A stretch of 64,000 nucleotides of DNA from Treponema sp. (lineage in GTDB: Bacteria > Spirochaetota > Spirochaetia > Treponematales > Treponemataceae): positions 14,964 to 78,963 of the forward strand of contig JAGCDP010000011.1 of the NCBI GenBank assembly GCA_017651065.1. Direction: 5' to 3'. Within the stretch, counting starts at the first letter, position 1, and every line of letters starts with the position of its first letter. Positions 48,833 to 58,011 of this stretch are shown here, piece after piece. The translations under genes were made by a program, and so were the position numbers. The notes below the pieces were generated by a model. The model saw nothing but the letters and a program-made list of their open reading frames with translations, was not told the DNA's origin and did not search any database.

Positions 48833-49965
48833 AGGTTTAGTTTCTCCAGTAAAAATTGCATTATTGTTTTTTTTGAAAGAATTATTCTTGCATCTGTTTC
48901 AAGTCCTACTCTAAGAGGGTAGACTTTTCCTTTTTTGTCAGATAATAATCTGTCTTCTATATTTGTTTTTATAATAAAATATGCTTCACCATTTTGTGTT
49001 CTGGTTATATCAGGATCAATTGTAATAATAGTACCTTTTGTACCGCCAAACTCATGATAGGGTAAACTTGGAAAACGCATTTTTACAGTCATGCCTTCTT
49101 CAATTTTGCCTGCCTGTTTTGTAGATATAACAAGTTCAACTTTAACCGAGGTATCTTCTGTGGGAACAATATTAAATAACAGTTGTCCTGTTTGAACCCA
49201 GTCGCCAGTGTTGAATACAGAAACTTCCTGAATAATCCCATCAATAGGTGCACAAACTTTTGTAAAGAGTAACGAGTTTTCAATTTGTTTAAGTTTTGAA
49301 TTATTAATTTTGTTTGAAGTTTCAAATTCAGCAATTTCCTGTTCAATTTCATGTTTAAAAGAATAGTAAAGATTGTCATATTCATCGCAGGAAATTAAAT
49401 ACTGTGAATTTAATTCATCAAGCGCCGCCGTAGTTGTCATTGATTTTGGGAGATTCTTTTCCTTTTCATATTTTTCAAGGTTCAGGTTTCTGATGTTTTC
49501 CAGTTTAGAAAGATTTGTTTTCCAGACTTCATATCGTAAAAAGGCTTCATAGTGACTGCTGTCAATGATATTCATATTCTGTTCAATGCTGTTTCTTATT
49601 TCGTAAAGGGAATCAAGCTTCTTCTGTTCCTCTGTCATAAGTGTAATAAGGCTTTCCTTTTCTGCTTCAAGTTGTGTTGGATCTATTTCCAGGAGAAGTT
49701 GTCCTTTTTTAACTGTTTGTCCAGAGCTGTAAGAAACAGTTTGTATTCTTCCGGTTACGGCATTTAGAACACCTGAGATATTTTCATTTGGGCGTATAAA
49801 ACCCTTTACTTTGATAACTTCTTCAAAAGGAGCAAAACATATAAAAACAAAAATAAATGTAAGCAGTAATGTAATAATACAAATAAAAGCCTGTTGTAAT
49901 TTTGTTTTTCTGTTTAAAAAGTATTCTTTTACATAAGGCATTGTACTGTAATCATATGCTTTCAC
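48823..49965 (-). CDS. HlyD family membrane fusion protein
   Basis: N-terminal TM, VKKGQLLLEID, coiled coil, APIDGII and LRVGL. Start probably GTG 49965 after GGAGG. Confidence 0.92.
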   Translation of the reverse strand: MKAYDYSTMPYVKEYFLNRKTKLQQAFICIITLLLTFIFVFICFAPFEEVIKVKGFIRPNENISGVLNAVTGRIQTVSYSSGQTVKKGQLLLEIDPTQLEAEKESLITLMTEEQKKLDSLYEIRNSIEQNMNIIDSSHYEAFLRYEVWKTNLSKLENIRNLNLEKYEKEKNLPKSMTTTAALDELNSQYLISCDEYDNLYYSFKHEIEQEIAEFETSNKINNSKLKQIENSLLFTKVCAPIDGIIQEVSVFNTGDWVQTGQLLFNIVPTEDTSVKVELVISTKQAGKIEEGMTVKMRFPSLPYHEFGGTKGTIITIDPDITRTQNGEAYFIIKTNIEDRLLSDKKGKVYPLRVGLETDARIILSKKTIMQFLLEKLNLWY

Positions 49966-49967
49966 AG

Positions 49968-52130
49968 TTAGTCCTCCGCATTCTGATTTTTCCACATGGC
50001 TGCATATGTGCCTTTTTTGCGCATAAGAGAGCTGTGTGTACCGCTTTCGACAATTTGACCATCCTGAAGTACAAAGATTTTGTCACATTTTTTTATTGTG
50101 CTGAGTCTATGTGCCGCCATAATTGTTGTAATTCCAGAGCTGATTTTACCTATGGTTTTCATAATTTCTTTTTCACAAATGCTGTCCAGATTTGAAGTAG
50201 CTTCGTCAAGAACAAGAATTTGTGGTTTTCGTAACAAAACCCGTGCAAGCGCAAGTCTTTGCCGTTCACCTCCAGAAAGAGTTGCTCCGCGTTCACCAAC
50301 TTTTGTTGCAAAACGCTCCTCTAGTTTAGAAATAAAATCCAGTGCCTGAGCGTTACTGGCTGCTTCAAATATTTCTTCGGGGGTTGCTCCTTCATTACCG
50401 AATGCAATATTATCTTGTATTGTTCCGCTGAATAAGAGAATTTCCTGCGGAACATACCCAAAAGTTTTTCGGTATAATTGTGTGTCAAAATCTTTTATGT
50501 TTTTATCATCAAGAGTTATTTCTCCAGATTCAGGTTCGTAAAATTTTAACAGAAGTTTCATAAGAGTTGTTTTGCCGGAACCCGAAGGACCAACAAAGGC
50601 AACCTTCTGACCGGCCTTAATTTCAAGGTTAATGTTATTGAGTGTTACTCCTCTGGTTCCGTAAGAAAATGTAAGGTTTTTTACACAGATATTACCTTTT
50701 ATATCTTTTGGTATAAGCTTTGTTCCTTGTGCAGATTTTTCTTCGCTAAGATCTAATATTTCACCAAGTCTTTTTGATGCAACAGAAAGTTCCTGTAACT
50801 GAGGTTGAAGTGTTATTAAACGACCTAAAGGGCTAAGGAAAAAGCCGAGTAAGGTCACAAAAGAAATAAGCTGTCCTAATGAAAGCTTACCTTGCATTAT
50901 AAGAAAACTTCCGTACCAGTAAACTGCAAGGTTTCCGGCCTGAGATAAAAAGCCCTGTAGTGTAGACTGAAGGTTTCCAAGATTTGAAAGGGTAAAGCCT
51001 TTTTGAATTGAATCGATAATCTTTAACTCTGCCCGGTCATTGCATTCATCTTCAGAGGCAAGTGCTTTTATTGTAGACATGCCGTTTATACTTTCGACAA
51101 AATGAGAATACTTTTCGGCTTCGGAAACAGAACGAATAAAAATAAGTTTTCTGAACTTCTTGGCAAATGCAAGAACCAAAATGCCGGAAAGAATTACAGG
51201 AATAACCGCAATTGTTATGAGAGAGGAACTGAAGGCAAATAAAACGATGCCGTCAAATATAAGCATGGTACAGTCAAGAATTACACCAACACACATTGAT
51301 GAAAGTGCGTTTTTTATAGTATTTATGTCTGAAAATCTGGAAAGGATTTCTCCACTTTTGCGTTTTGTAAAAAAATCAAGGGGAAGGTTCAGAATGTGCC
51401 TGAAATACTCTAAAGACAATGATGCTTCCAGTTTGTTACTTAAGAAGATAATCAAGTGATTTCTGGCGTAACCAAGTATACTTTGGAATATGATTACTGC
51501 AAGATAGGCAAGCGAAATTGAAACAAGGGCATTTGGTAAATATGAATATATTACTTCATCAATAAGAAACCTGAAATAAAACGCACTGAAAATACCAAGA
51601 ATTGTAAGTACAAAGCTTGCAATGAATGTTTGTACAGTAATGTGCTTGTTCTGTAATAAAAGATACCAGAAGCGTTGGAAAAACGATTTATCATCGGTAC
51701 TTTGTTCAAAGGTTGTATCTGGTGAAAGAAAAAATATATTTCCTGTCCAATCTTTAGAAAAGTCATCTTTAGAAATCCATTTTAAGGAATCGGCCGGATC
51801 TCCTATTAGAATTTTGTTATGCTTAACTTTGAAAATAACAACATAATGTTCAAGCAATTCATTATTAATGGATTTTTTTGTATGCGCAATACAAGGAAAT
51901 GGAAGCTCTGGTGAAATAATTTTGTTATTAAATATCATAAGTTTGCTGGAAAAACTAAGAAGCTTTGCTGCTTTTATTATGCCTTGTCCAGAAGTTCCTT
52001 TAAGGTCGGTACCTGCCATGTTCCGGATTTTGGCTATAGATATTCTTTTGCCGTAAAAAGCAGCAACCGTAGCTAGACATGCTGCCGCACAATCTTTTTC
52101 ATCCTGCTGTTTTATCAAACAATATTTCAT
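49968..52130 (-). CDS. Peptidase-containing ABC transporter (PCAT; C39 peptidase, TMD, NBD)
   Basis: QQDEKDCAAAC (catalytic Cys), EHYVV (His), GDPA (Asp); Walker A GPSGSGKT, LSGGERQR, LDEATSNLD. Start at ATG 52130. Confidence 0.95.
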   Translation of the reverse strand: MKYCLIKQQDEKDCAAACLATVAAFYGKRISIAKIRNMAGTDLKGTSGQGIIKAAKLLSFSSKLMIFNNKIISPELPFPCIAHTKKSINNELLEHYVVIFKVKHNKILIGDPADSLKWISKDDFSKDWTGNIFFLSPDTTFEQSTDDKSFFQRFWYLLLQNKHITVQTFIASFVLTILGIFSAFYFRFLIDEVIYSYLPNALVSISLAYLAVIIFQSILGYARNHLIIFLSNKLEASLSLEYFRHILNLPLDFFTKRKSGEILSRFSDINTIKNALSSMCVGVILDCTMLIFDGIVLFAFSSSLITIAVIPVILSGILVLAFAKKFRKLIFIRSVSEAEKYSHFVESINGMSTIKALASEDECNDRAELKIIDSIQKGFTLSNLGNLQSTLQGFLSQAGNLAVYWYGSFLIMQGKLSLGQLISFVTLLGFFLSPLGRLITLQPQLQELSVASKRLGEILDLSEEKSAQGTKLIPKDIKGNICVKNLTFSYGTRGVTLNNINLEIKAGQKVAFVGPSGSGKTTLMKLLLKFYEPESGEITLDDKNIKDFDTQLYRKTFGYVPQEILLFSGTIQDNIAFGNEGATPEEIFEAASNAQALDFISKLEERFATKVGERGATLSGGERQRLALARVLLRKPQILVLDEATSNLDSICEKEIMKTIGKISSGITTIMAAHRLSTIKKCDKIFVLQDGQIVESGTHSSLMRKKGTYAAMWKNQNAED

Positions 52131-52235
52131 TATTTTTTCCTTGTATAATCTAAGATGTATATTATACAATATAATTGTATCACTTGACAAAAAAAAATAT
52201 ATATTAGACTAACAAGTTACTGCACAAGATAAACC

Positions 52236-52293
52236 TTGCTTTTTATTTAATCCGTAATATAATAATATTAGATAAATGTATATGTGAGGATAA
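52236..52293 (+). promoter_or_regulatory. Conserved substrate promoter/5' UTR, repeated before toxins A, B and B'
   Basis: TTGCTT-16-TATAAT...gtgaggataa ATG. Near-identical at 41626-41683 and similar at 44888-44945. Confidence 0.65.
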
Positions 52294-53286
52294 ATGAAAA
52301 TACAAAAACGCAGGCTTCCAAAATTCATAGACATCAACACATTTGATTTCACTCCTTATGGCCGTGAACTTACAAGAGAAGAAGCATATCTTGTAAACGG
52401 TGGCCAGGTAATGACACCGGAAGACCAGTATGCAATGGCACAGGCCCATGCCCGCGGTGATAAAGAAACCATGGATGCAATTGTTGCAAAGTATGAAAAT
52501 AAGGATAAACAGGAGCCAGAGCAGACAAATTCTGCTACAGGCAGTTCATCGGGTTCCGGTGTATCTTCTCAGGAGACTGATCCAAATACGGTAATTCCTA
52601 TGAATTTTGATGCACTGCCAAGACCTGAAGGAACAATGTCTCCTGACGAGCAGGCAATGATGGCCATGTATGATGAGATGAAAAAAACGGGTGCAGGCCG
52701 GAACATGCAATATGGTACAATAGCCGGTTATGTCGTGAATAAAGAGGGCGCCAAAAATTTCGGACATGCAGGGTGGTTTGTTCAGACATATAATAATAAA
52801 TTTGTTTTCTTTGAAGTTATAGGTATTTCGGAAGCAACAAATGGGTTGAAAGAAGATATTCTTCCAGGCACTACAAAACCAGATTATAAAGATAAAGATA
52901 CAACGGTATTAAGTAATACACCGCTAGGAAATGTAAGCATGCCTCTCGCAGTATCATCGGGGTTTGATAGTCAGGCAGGCTGTCTTGCCAGAGTTTATGA
53001 CTCTAAAGAAGAAATGATGGCTTCTCTTAGTGATATGGGTTTTGATGAAATGGTAGTATTTAATACGAATTCCGTACAGAATGCATATATTTATGATGCT
53101 TCGGTTGAAATAGGTAAAAGCTTTTCTGGATATGAAGTGCTTACAAATAGCTGCGGAATAATAGGACGAGATGTTTTGACTACAGATGGAAGCGGAATAA
53201 ACAGTTACTTTGATACACCAATACCTAATTGTATAGATAATGTTTTATGTGCAAGCAACAATAACTGTTGGCGGGAAAAACTCTGA
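52294..53286 (+). CDS. Substrate/toxin B' (paralog of B)
   Basis: First ~130 aa almost identical to B apart from the extreme N-terminus; FGHAGW (His158) and YEVLTNSC (Cys287). Divergent from the exporter operon. Confidence 0.78.
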   Translation: MKIQKRRLPKFIDINTFDFTPYGRELTREEAYLVNGGQVMTPEDQYAMAQAHARGDKETMDAIVAKYENKDKQEPEQTNSATGSSSGSGVSSQETDPNTVIPMNFDALPRPEGTMSPDEQAMMAMYDEMKKTGAGRNMQYGTIAGYVVNKEGAKNFGHAGWFVQTYNNKFVFFEVIGISEATNGLKEDILPGTTKPDYKDKDTTVLSNTPLGNVSMPLAVSSGFDSQAGCLARVYDSKEEMMASLSDMGFDEMVVFNTNSVQNAYIYDASVEIGKSFSGYEVLTNSCGIIGRDVLTTDGSGINSYFDTPIPNCIDNVLCASNNNCWREKL

Positions 53287-53294
53287 GGCTGTGC

Positions 53295-54194
53295 ATGAGA
53301 AAGAAAGTTCTTTTTGTGTTAATGGTTTTCTTTTTCACATTTTACTCTCATGCTGCAGAAAGCATTGAACCTCCTCTGATATATTACAGAGACAATTCTA
53401 TAATAATCGGTAATACAGTAGTCCCTGTTCCTCTGGGAAATACTGGAAGCTACGAATACGCTTTTGACGGTAAAAGGCAAAAGTTGTGGTTTCAGGATTC
53501 AGGGAGACATACATCTACCTTTATCTGCGTTAACACTAAAGGGCAGACGGAAGAAACCTTTACGATAGATGTTGGAAAAATAAACCTTATAGGCGGCCGT
53601 TTCTTTGTTTTTGATAACAAGGCATTAATCTGTGTTCAAAGTAAGAAACACACAAGACTTATTGTAGATCTTGAAACAAAAGAATACCAGCTCATTGATA
53701 TTACAAATATGGGATATAAAGAAATAAGTTGTTTTTATGACAATAAAATCTTTTTCTTTAGCGAAAGTGTAGAAAAGAGTGTAATGTATTTTGATTGCTT
53801 TACAGGTGAGATTTTTTATGCAGAAACAGACCTGCAGGGATACGGCTTTATGCCGCTTACAAATGCATATGTGGGCTTGAATAAAAAGGGAAAAATAGTA
53901 ATACAGAAGTTTGATACAGGGGAAATTATAGAAACAAATATAAGTGGCATCAGGGGAAGGCCCTTGGGCAAGGTTAATGACAGATATTATATGACAGAAA
54001 AATATCTGTATTTTTCAAAGAAGGACAAATGGTATAGTTTTACACATGGAATGTTCTTTGCAAGATTCGTTTTCGGCCTTGGACCAGTACAGGTTGCCCA
54101 TAAGTGGTACCGCTATTCCCTTGAAACAGGCGAAATAGAAAAAATAAAGACAGACTATCCATTTATAAACCTGCTAGGAGTAGTTGAGGAATGA
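53295..54194 (+). CDS. Putative immunity to B' (Sec signal, beta-rich)
   Basis: Paralog of 45944-46843 with a variable N-terminal half and conserved C-terminal half. Confidence 0.7.
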   Translation: MRKKVLFVLMVFFFTFYSHAAESIEPPLIYYRDNSIIIGNTVVPVPLGNTGSYEYAFDGKRQKLWFQDSGRHTSTFICVNTKGQTEETFTIDVGKINLIGGRFFVFDNKALICVQSKKHTRLIVDLETKEYQLIDITNMGYKEISCFYDNKIFFFSESVEKSVMYFDCFTGEIFYAETDLQGYGFMPLTNAYVGLNKKGKIVIQKFDTGEIIETNISGIRGRPLGKVNDRYYMTEKYLYFSKKDKWYSFTHGMFFARFVFGLGPVQVAHKWYRYSLETGEIEKIKTDYPFINLLGVVEE

Positions 54195-55384
54195 AAAAAA
54201 TAAAGCATAAGCTTCCAAAATTCATAGACATCAACACATTTGATTTCACTCCTTATGGCCGTGAACTTACAAGAGAAGAAGCATATCTTGTAAACGGTGG
54301 CAGTACTGTAGAAGATACACACACAGTCCAGAGCGGTGATACTCTTGGAACACTTGTTTATAATTACAACCAGGAACATGGAACAAATCTTACAGTAAAC
54401 GAGGTTGCAGCTAATAACGGGATAGATAACCCGGATCTTATATATGTGGGGCAGCAAATAAATTTTGGGAATTCAACTCCTGCTTCAACCAATTCCGCAC
54501 CTGATAACAACATGTCTTCACCAGATGTTCCAAGCCCTTTAAACGAACAGTCGTCAACACAGCATAGTAATACTTCAACAAATACAAATGGACATACAAA
54601 CTCTGTTCAGGCAAGTACAACTGTTACAGGTAGTACGGGTAGTTCCAGTTATTCAGCTACCGGAAATTCTTCATCTGGAGAAAACGCAACAGTAAATAAT
54701 ATGACTTCATTTCCGATCGGTCCAGAATGTTATAATCCGAATGATCCAAATCCTGACAAGAGATACAACGGACAGGATTACGGGAATGAACATCTGATGG
54801 TAGTACAGCGTAGTGATGCCAGAAATTTTGAAATACTCAGGGATTATTATCTTACTGTAGGCCAGTATGGTGCAGCAGGAACCATTTCCTATGACGGAAT
54901 TGGCCTGACCAATGAAAATGGACAGATTGTAGATGTTCTGAAAGATGAAAAATCTATTCTTGAGTATTCCATAACCCTTGGAATTCCTACTAAACAGGGG
55001 GCACATGGTGATTTGTTTTTTACAGCTGAAGCTGATTTAGTTGCTGCAACAGGGATAGAAGGGGCTGTATCTTTGGTATTTGATTTAGATAACTTAATGG
55101 ATTCTGGCATCAACTTTAGTATTGGATTTGCAACAGGATGTAATATAGGCTTAGGCATTGGTGTCGGCTACGTAAAAAGAGAACTTGAAGGTCCTATGCC
55201 AATTGGAATAGATGGTAATTTAGGATATTTGCCTTTTAGTTTTACAGTAATGACTGATGAAGAAGGGTATAATGGAGGATGCCTTGCATATGGACCTGGA
55301 AAAGGATTATCAACATCATCCCAAAAATCAATTACGATTAGCCCGAATAGTGTGATAGATTTGCTTAATAAAATAGGGGAATAA
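54191..55384 (+). CDS. Substrate/toxin C: GG leader, LysM, Ser/Thr/Asn linker, Gly-rich tip
   Basis: LysM nearly identical to toxin A. Tip AEADLVAATGIEGAVSLV...GFATGCNIGLGIGVGY. Confidence 0.8.
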   Translation: MKKIKHKLPKFIDINTFDFTPYGRELTREEAYLVNGGSTVEDTHTVQSGDTLGTLVYNYNQEHGTNLTVNEVAANNGIDNPDLIYVGQQINFGNSTPASTNSAPDNNMSSPDVPSPLNEQSSTQHSNTSTNTNGHTNSVQASTTVTGSTGSSSYSATGNSSSGENATVNNMTSFPIGPECYNPNDPNPDKRYNGQDYGNEHLMVVQRSDARNFEILRDYYLTVGQYGAAGTISYDGIGLTNENGQIVDVLKDEKSILEYSITLGIPTKQGAHGDLFFTAEADLVAATGIEGAVSLVFDLDNLMDSGINFSIGFATGCNIGLGIGVGYVKRELEGPMPIGIDGNLGYLPFSFTVMTDEEGYNGGCLAYGPGKGLSTSSQKSITISPNSVIDLLNKIGE

Positions 55385-55693
55385 ATGAAATTAAGATATT
55401 ATTTTGGATTAAGTATAAGAATGTATTTTGAAATAAATCTTTTTGTTTATCCATTTTTGGATTTTTTCCTTTTTATTATTTTAGAATCATTAGGATTAAA
55501 TATTCTAGTTTGTGGGATATTGTTTATCATAATATTTGTTATTGTAGGAATAAGAACCTATAGTATAAAATGTCCAGAATGTAATACCAAGCTAATAGAA
55601 ACATATAGAATTAACTCAAAATATTATGGTGGAGCTTTTCACAGGGCTCCAAAAAAATGCCCTTGTTGCGGAATAGATTTAGATAAAGTGTAA
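55385..55693 (+). CDS. Two-TM plus zinc-ribbon (CxxC...CxxC) protein, putative immunity to C
   Basis: Abuts the toxin C stop; IKCPECNTKL...KKCPCCG. Confidence 0.65.
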   Translation: MKLRYYFGLSIRMYFEINLFVYPFLDFFLFIILESLGLNILVCGILFIIIFVIVGIRTYSIKCPECNTKLIETYRINSKYYGGAFHRAPKKCPCCGIDLDKV

Positions 55694-55722
55694 TAAAAGA
55701 GTAAGATTCAGAGGTGAAAAAG

Positions 55723-55869
55723 TTGTTACAAAGAAAAAAGAAACCATATCCCAATTTATACGCCTGCGATTACTCCTGGTTTGCCCGCGAAATGACAGAA
55801 GAAGAGCTGTATACGGTTAATGGCGGGCAGGTAATGTCGCAGTCAGATCAGATGACATTAAGGAATTAA
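55723..55869 (+). pseudogene. Class-II GG-leader mini-ORF (leader plus 13 aa), not in the ORF track
   Basis: RBS GAGGTG and TTG start: MLQRKKKPYPNLYACDYSWFAREMTEEELYTVNGG then QVMSQSDQMTLRN*. Confidence 0.7.
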
Positions 55870-55873
55870 ATAA

Positions 55874-56476
55874 ATGAAAAAGCATTTTGTCTTGCTAGTT
55901 ATTATAATAGTTTCTTTTTTGAGTTGTACAAATACTAAAAATAGTGATTTAATTGAGCAAACTAACAGTTTATGTTGGTGGAATAGTATGGAAGATGCTG
56001 AAAAGGCTCTTGATATCCTTGACAGAGCCATTGAAATAGAACCCAAGGAATGGAAAGCCTATTCTATTGAATTACAAATATATGATACCTGGTGTCATAA
56101 AACAGAAGAGCTTTCAAACAATTATATTGCTTTAAAAGATGTATATGATAGATGGATTATTAATGGAAATACATTTTCATTTGTTCAACTATTTGGTTAT
56201 GCAAATGTTCTTTTCTGTTTAGGAGAAAGAGAGAAAGCAAAAGATTATTATGACAAAATGAGTTCTTCGGTAATGAATGATAATAGTTTATTGTTAGATG
56301 AACAGAACTATGTAGCGTATATTTTGTCTGGGATATTAAATGGATTAATTGTTAAAGAAAATTTCAGTGATTACAAAATGAATGCTTATGATGAAAACGG
56401 GGTAAATGAATATCTTTTTCAGATTATTGTAAATGATAGCCAAGAAGATATTATAGAAACTTATTGTACAACATAG
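55874..56476 (+). CDS. TPR-like lipoprotein, putative orphan immunity
   Basis: Lipobox FLSC; helices AEKALDILDRAIEIEP and GEREKAKDYY. Confidence 0.62.
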   Translation: MKKHFVLLVIIIVSFLSCTNTKNSDLIEQTNSLCWWNSMEDAEKALDILDRAIEIEPKEWKAYSIELQIYDTWCHKTEELSNNYIALKDVYDRWIINGNTFSFVQLFGYANVLFCLGEREKAKDYYDKMSSSVMNDNSLLLDEQNYVAYILSGILNGLIVKENFSDYKMNAYDENGVNEYLFQIIVNDSQEDIIETYCTT

Positions 56477-56567
56477 TTGTTAGAGGATGTTCTTTTGGGA
56501 TAAAGAGGGCAATATTTATTATATCTGTAAGAGGAAACTGCTATAAATTAAGTCGTGAGAATAAAAT

Positions 56568-56834
56568 ATGAAAATACGAACAGAATACAAATTAACAGGT
56601 TGGGTAATTCCAGTTATTTTATGCATTTGTGCTTTGATATTTCCAAAACCTCTGATTTTTCTAGCCTTTATATTTATAGATATTTTAATTCATGAACGAA
56701 TTGCTTGTCCGAATTGTAAAACTAAAATAAGTTCTTTTTATAATCCAAAATCTAAAAATTTTAAAGGCTTACGTTTCGGTTTTCGTTTTAGATTTCCAGA
56801 CAAATGTCCAAATTGTGGTTGTGATTGGGAGTAA
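56568..56834 (+). CDS. Two-TM plus zinc-ribbon protein, orphan paralog of 55385-55693
   Basis: IACPNCKTKI...NPKSK.F.G...PDKCPNCG. Confidence 0.65.
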   Translation: MKIRTEYKLTGWVIPVILCICALIFPKPLIFLAFIFIDILIHERIACPNCKTKISSFYNPKSKNFKGLRFGFRFRFPDKCPNCGCDWE

Positions 56835-56839
56835 GGAAT

Positions 56840-57112
56840 ATGATAAGAAAACATAAACCACATCCCAATTTAAACTCCTACGATTACTCCTGGTTTGCCC
56901 GCGAAATGACAGAAGAAGAGCTGTATACGGTTAATGGCGGGCAGGTAATGTCGCAGGCAGACCAGTATGCGATGGCCCAGGCCCATGCCCGCGGTGACCA
57001 GGCTGCTATGGATGCAATTGTCGCAAAGAAGAGTTTTTCTGGATATGAATTGATTACAAACAGCTGCGGAATAGCGGCAAGCAACAATAACTGCTGGCGG
57101 GAAAAAATCTGA
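56840..57112 (+). pseudogene. Internally deleted B-type toxin with class-II leader
   Basis: MIRKHKPHPNLNSYDYSWFAREMTEEELYTVNGG-QVMSQADQYAMAQAHARGDQAAMDAIVAK / KSFSGYELITNSCGIA / ASNNNCWREKI. Two in-frame deletions relative to B/B' remove the catalytic His. Confidence 0.82.
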
Positions 57113-57120
57113 GGTTGTAT

Positions 57121-58011
57121 ATGAAAAAGAAGGTTGTTTTTGTTTTACTGGTTTTCTTTTTTTCATTTTATTGTCATGCTTCAGAAGCCATTGAAATTCC
57201 CTTGATATATAAGAAGAGAGATTCTTTTATAATGATCGGTGAAACAGAGGTTTCTGTCCCTCAAGGATACAGTTGTGCTTTTGACGGTAAACAACAAAAG
57301 CTATGGTTTCATTCTGCTGCGGGAAACACTTCTACCTTTACTCAGATTAATAAGAACGGAGAGACTGAGAAGATAATTACAATAGACTATGGTAATCATT
57401 GTGCTTGGGATAATGGACCTTTTTTTGTCGTTGATAATATAGCTTTTGTTTGTGCTCTTGATAAAAAAAATGCTGTGATTTTTGTTAACCTTGAAACAAA
57501 AGAATTCAATTTTTTTGATTTATCAAAATATGAATATTATCCCATTTATGGTTTTTATGACAAAAGAGTTTTTTTCTATAACAATGTAGATGATAAAGTA
57601 AGGTATTATGATTGTCTTACAGGCGAGGTATTCGATGCAGAAACAGACCTTCAGGAGTACGGCTTTATGCCGCTTGTAAATGCCTATGTGGGCTTGAATA
57701 AAAAGGGAAAAATAGTAATACAGAAGTTTGATACTGGGGAAATCATAGAAACCAAAATAAGTGGAATCAGGGGAAGAACCAGTGGCAATGTTCGTGAAAG
57801 ATACTATATGACAGAAAAGTATCTGTACTTTTCAAAGAAGGATAGATGGTATAGTTTTACACATGGAATGTTCTTTGCAAGATTCGTTTTCGGCCTTGGA
57901 CCAGTACAGGTTGCCCATAAGTGGTACCGCTATTCTCTTGAAACAGGAGAAATAGAAGAAATAAAGACAGACTATCCCTTTATAAACCTGCTTGGAGTAG
58001 TTGAAGAATGA
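57121..58011 (+). CDS. Third B-family putative immunity protein
   Basis: Signal peptide; C-terminus nearly identical to 53295-54194. Confidence 0.7.
   Translation: MKKKVVFVLLVFFFSFYCHASEAIEIPLIYKKRDSFIMIGETEVSVPQGYSCAFDGKQQKLWFHSAAGNTSTFTQINKNGETEKIITIDYGNHCAWDNGPFFVVDNIAFVCALDKKNAVIFVNLETKEFNFFDLSKYEYYPIYGFYDKRVFFYNNVDDKVRYYDCLTGEVFDAETDLQEYGFMPLVNAYVGLNKKGKIVIQKFDTGEIIETKISGIRGRTSGNVRERYYMTEKYLYFSKKDRWYSFTHGMFFARFVFGLGPVQVAHKWYRYSLETGEIEEIKTDYPFINLLGVVEE

Noticed and set aside
52184-52210. TTGACA followed by an A9 tract as a phase-variable promoter (also T9 at 44881 and the A run near 39288)
   Set aside because: Spacing to a good -10 is off (15 nt to TAGACT), and short A/T runs are common in this AT-rich DNA. 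There is no support without read-level variation.
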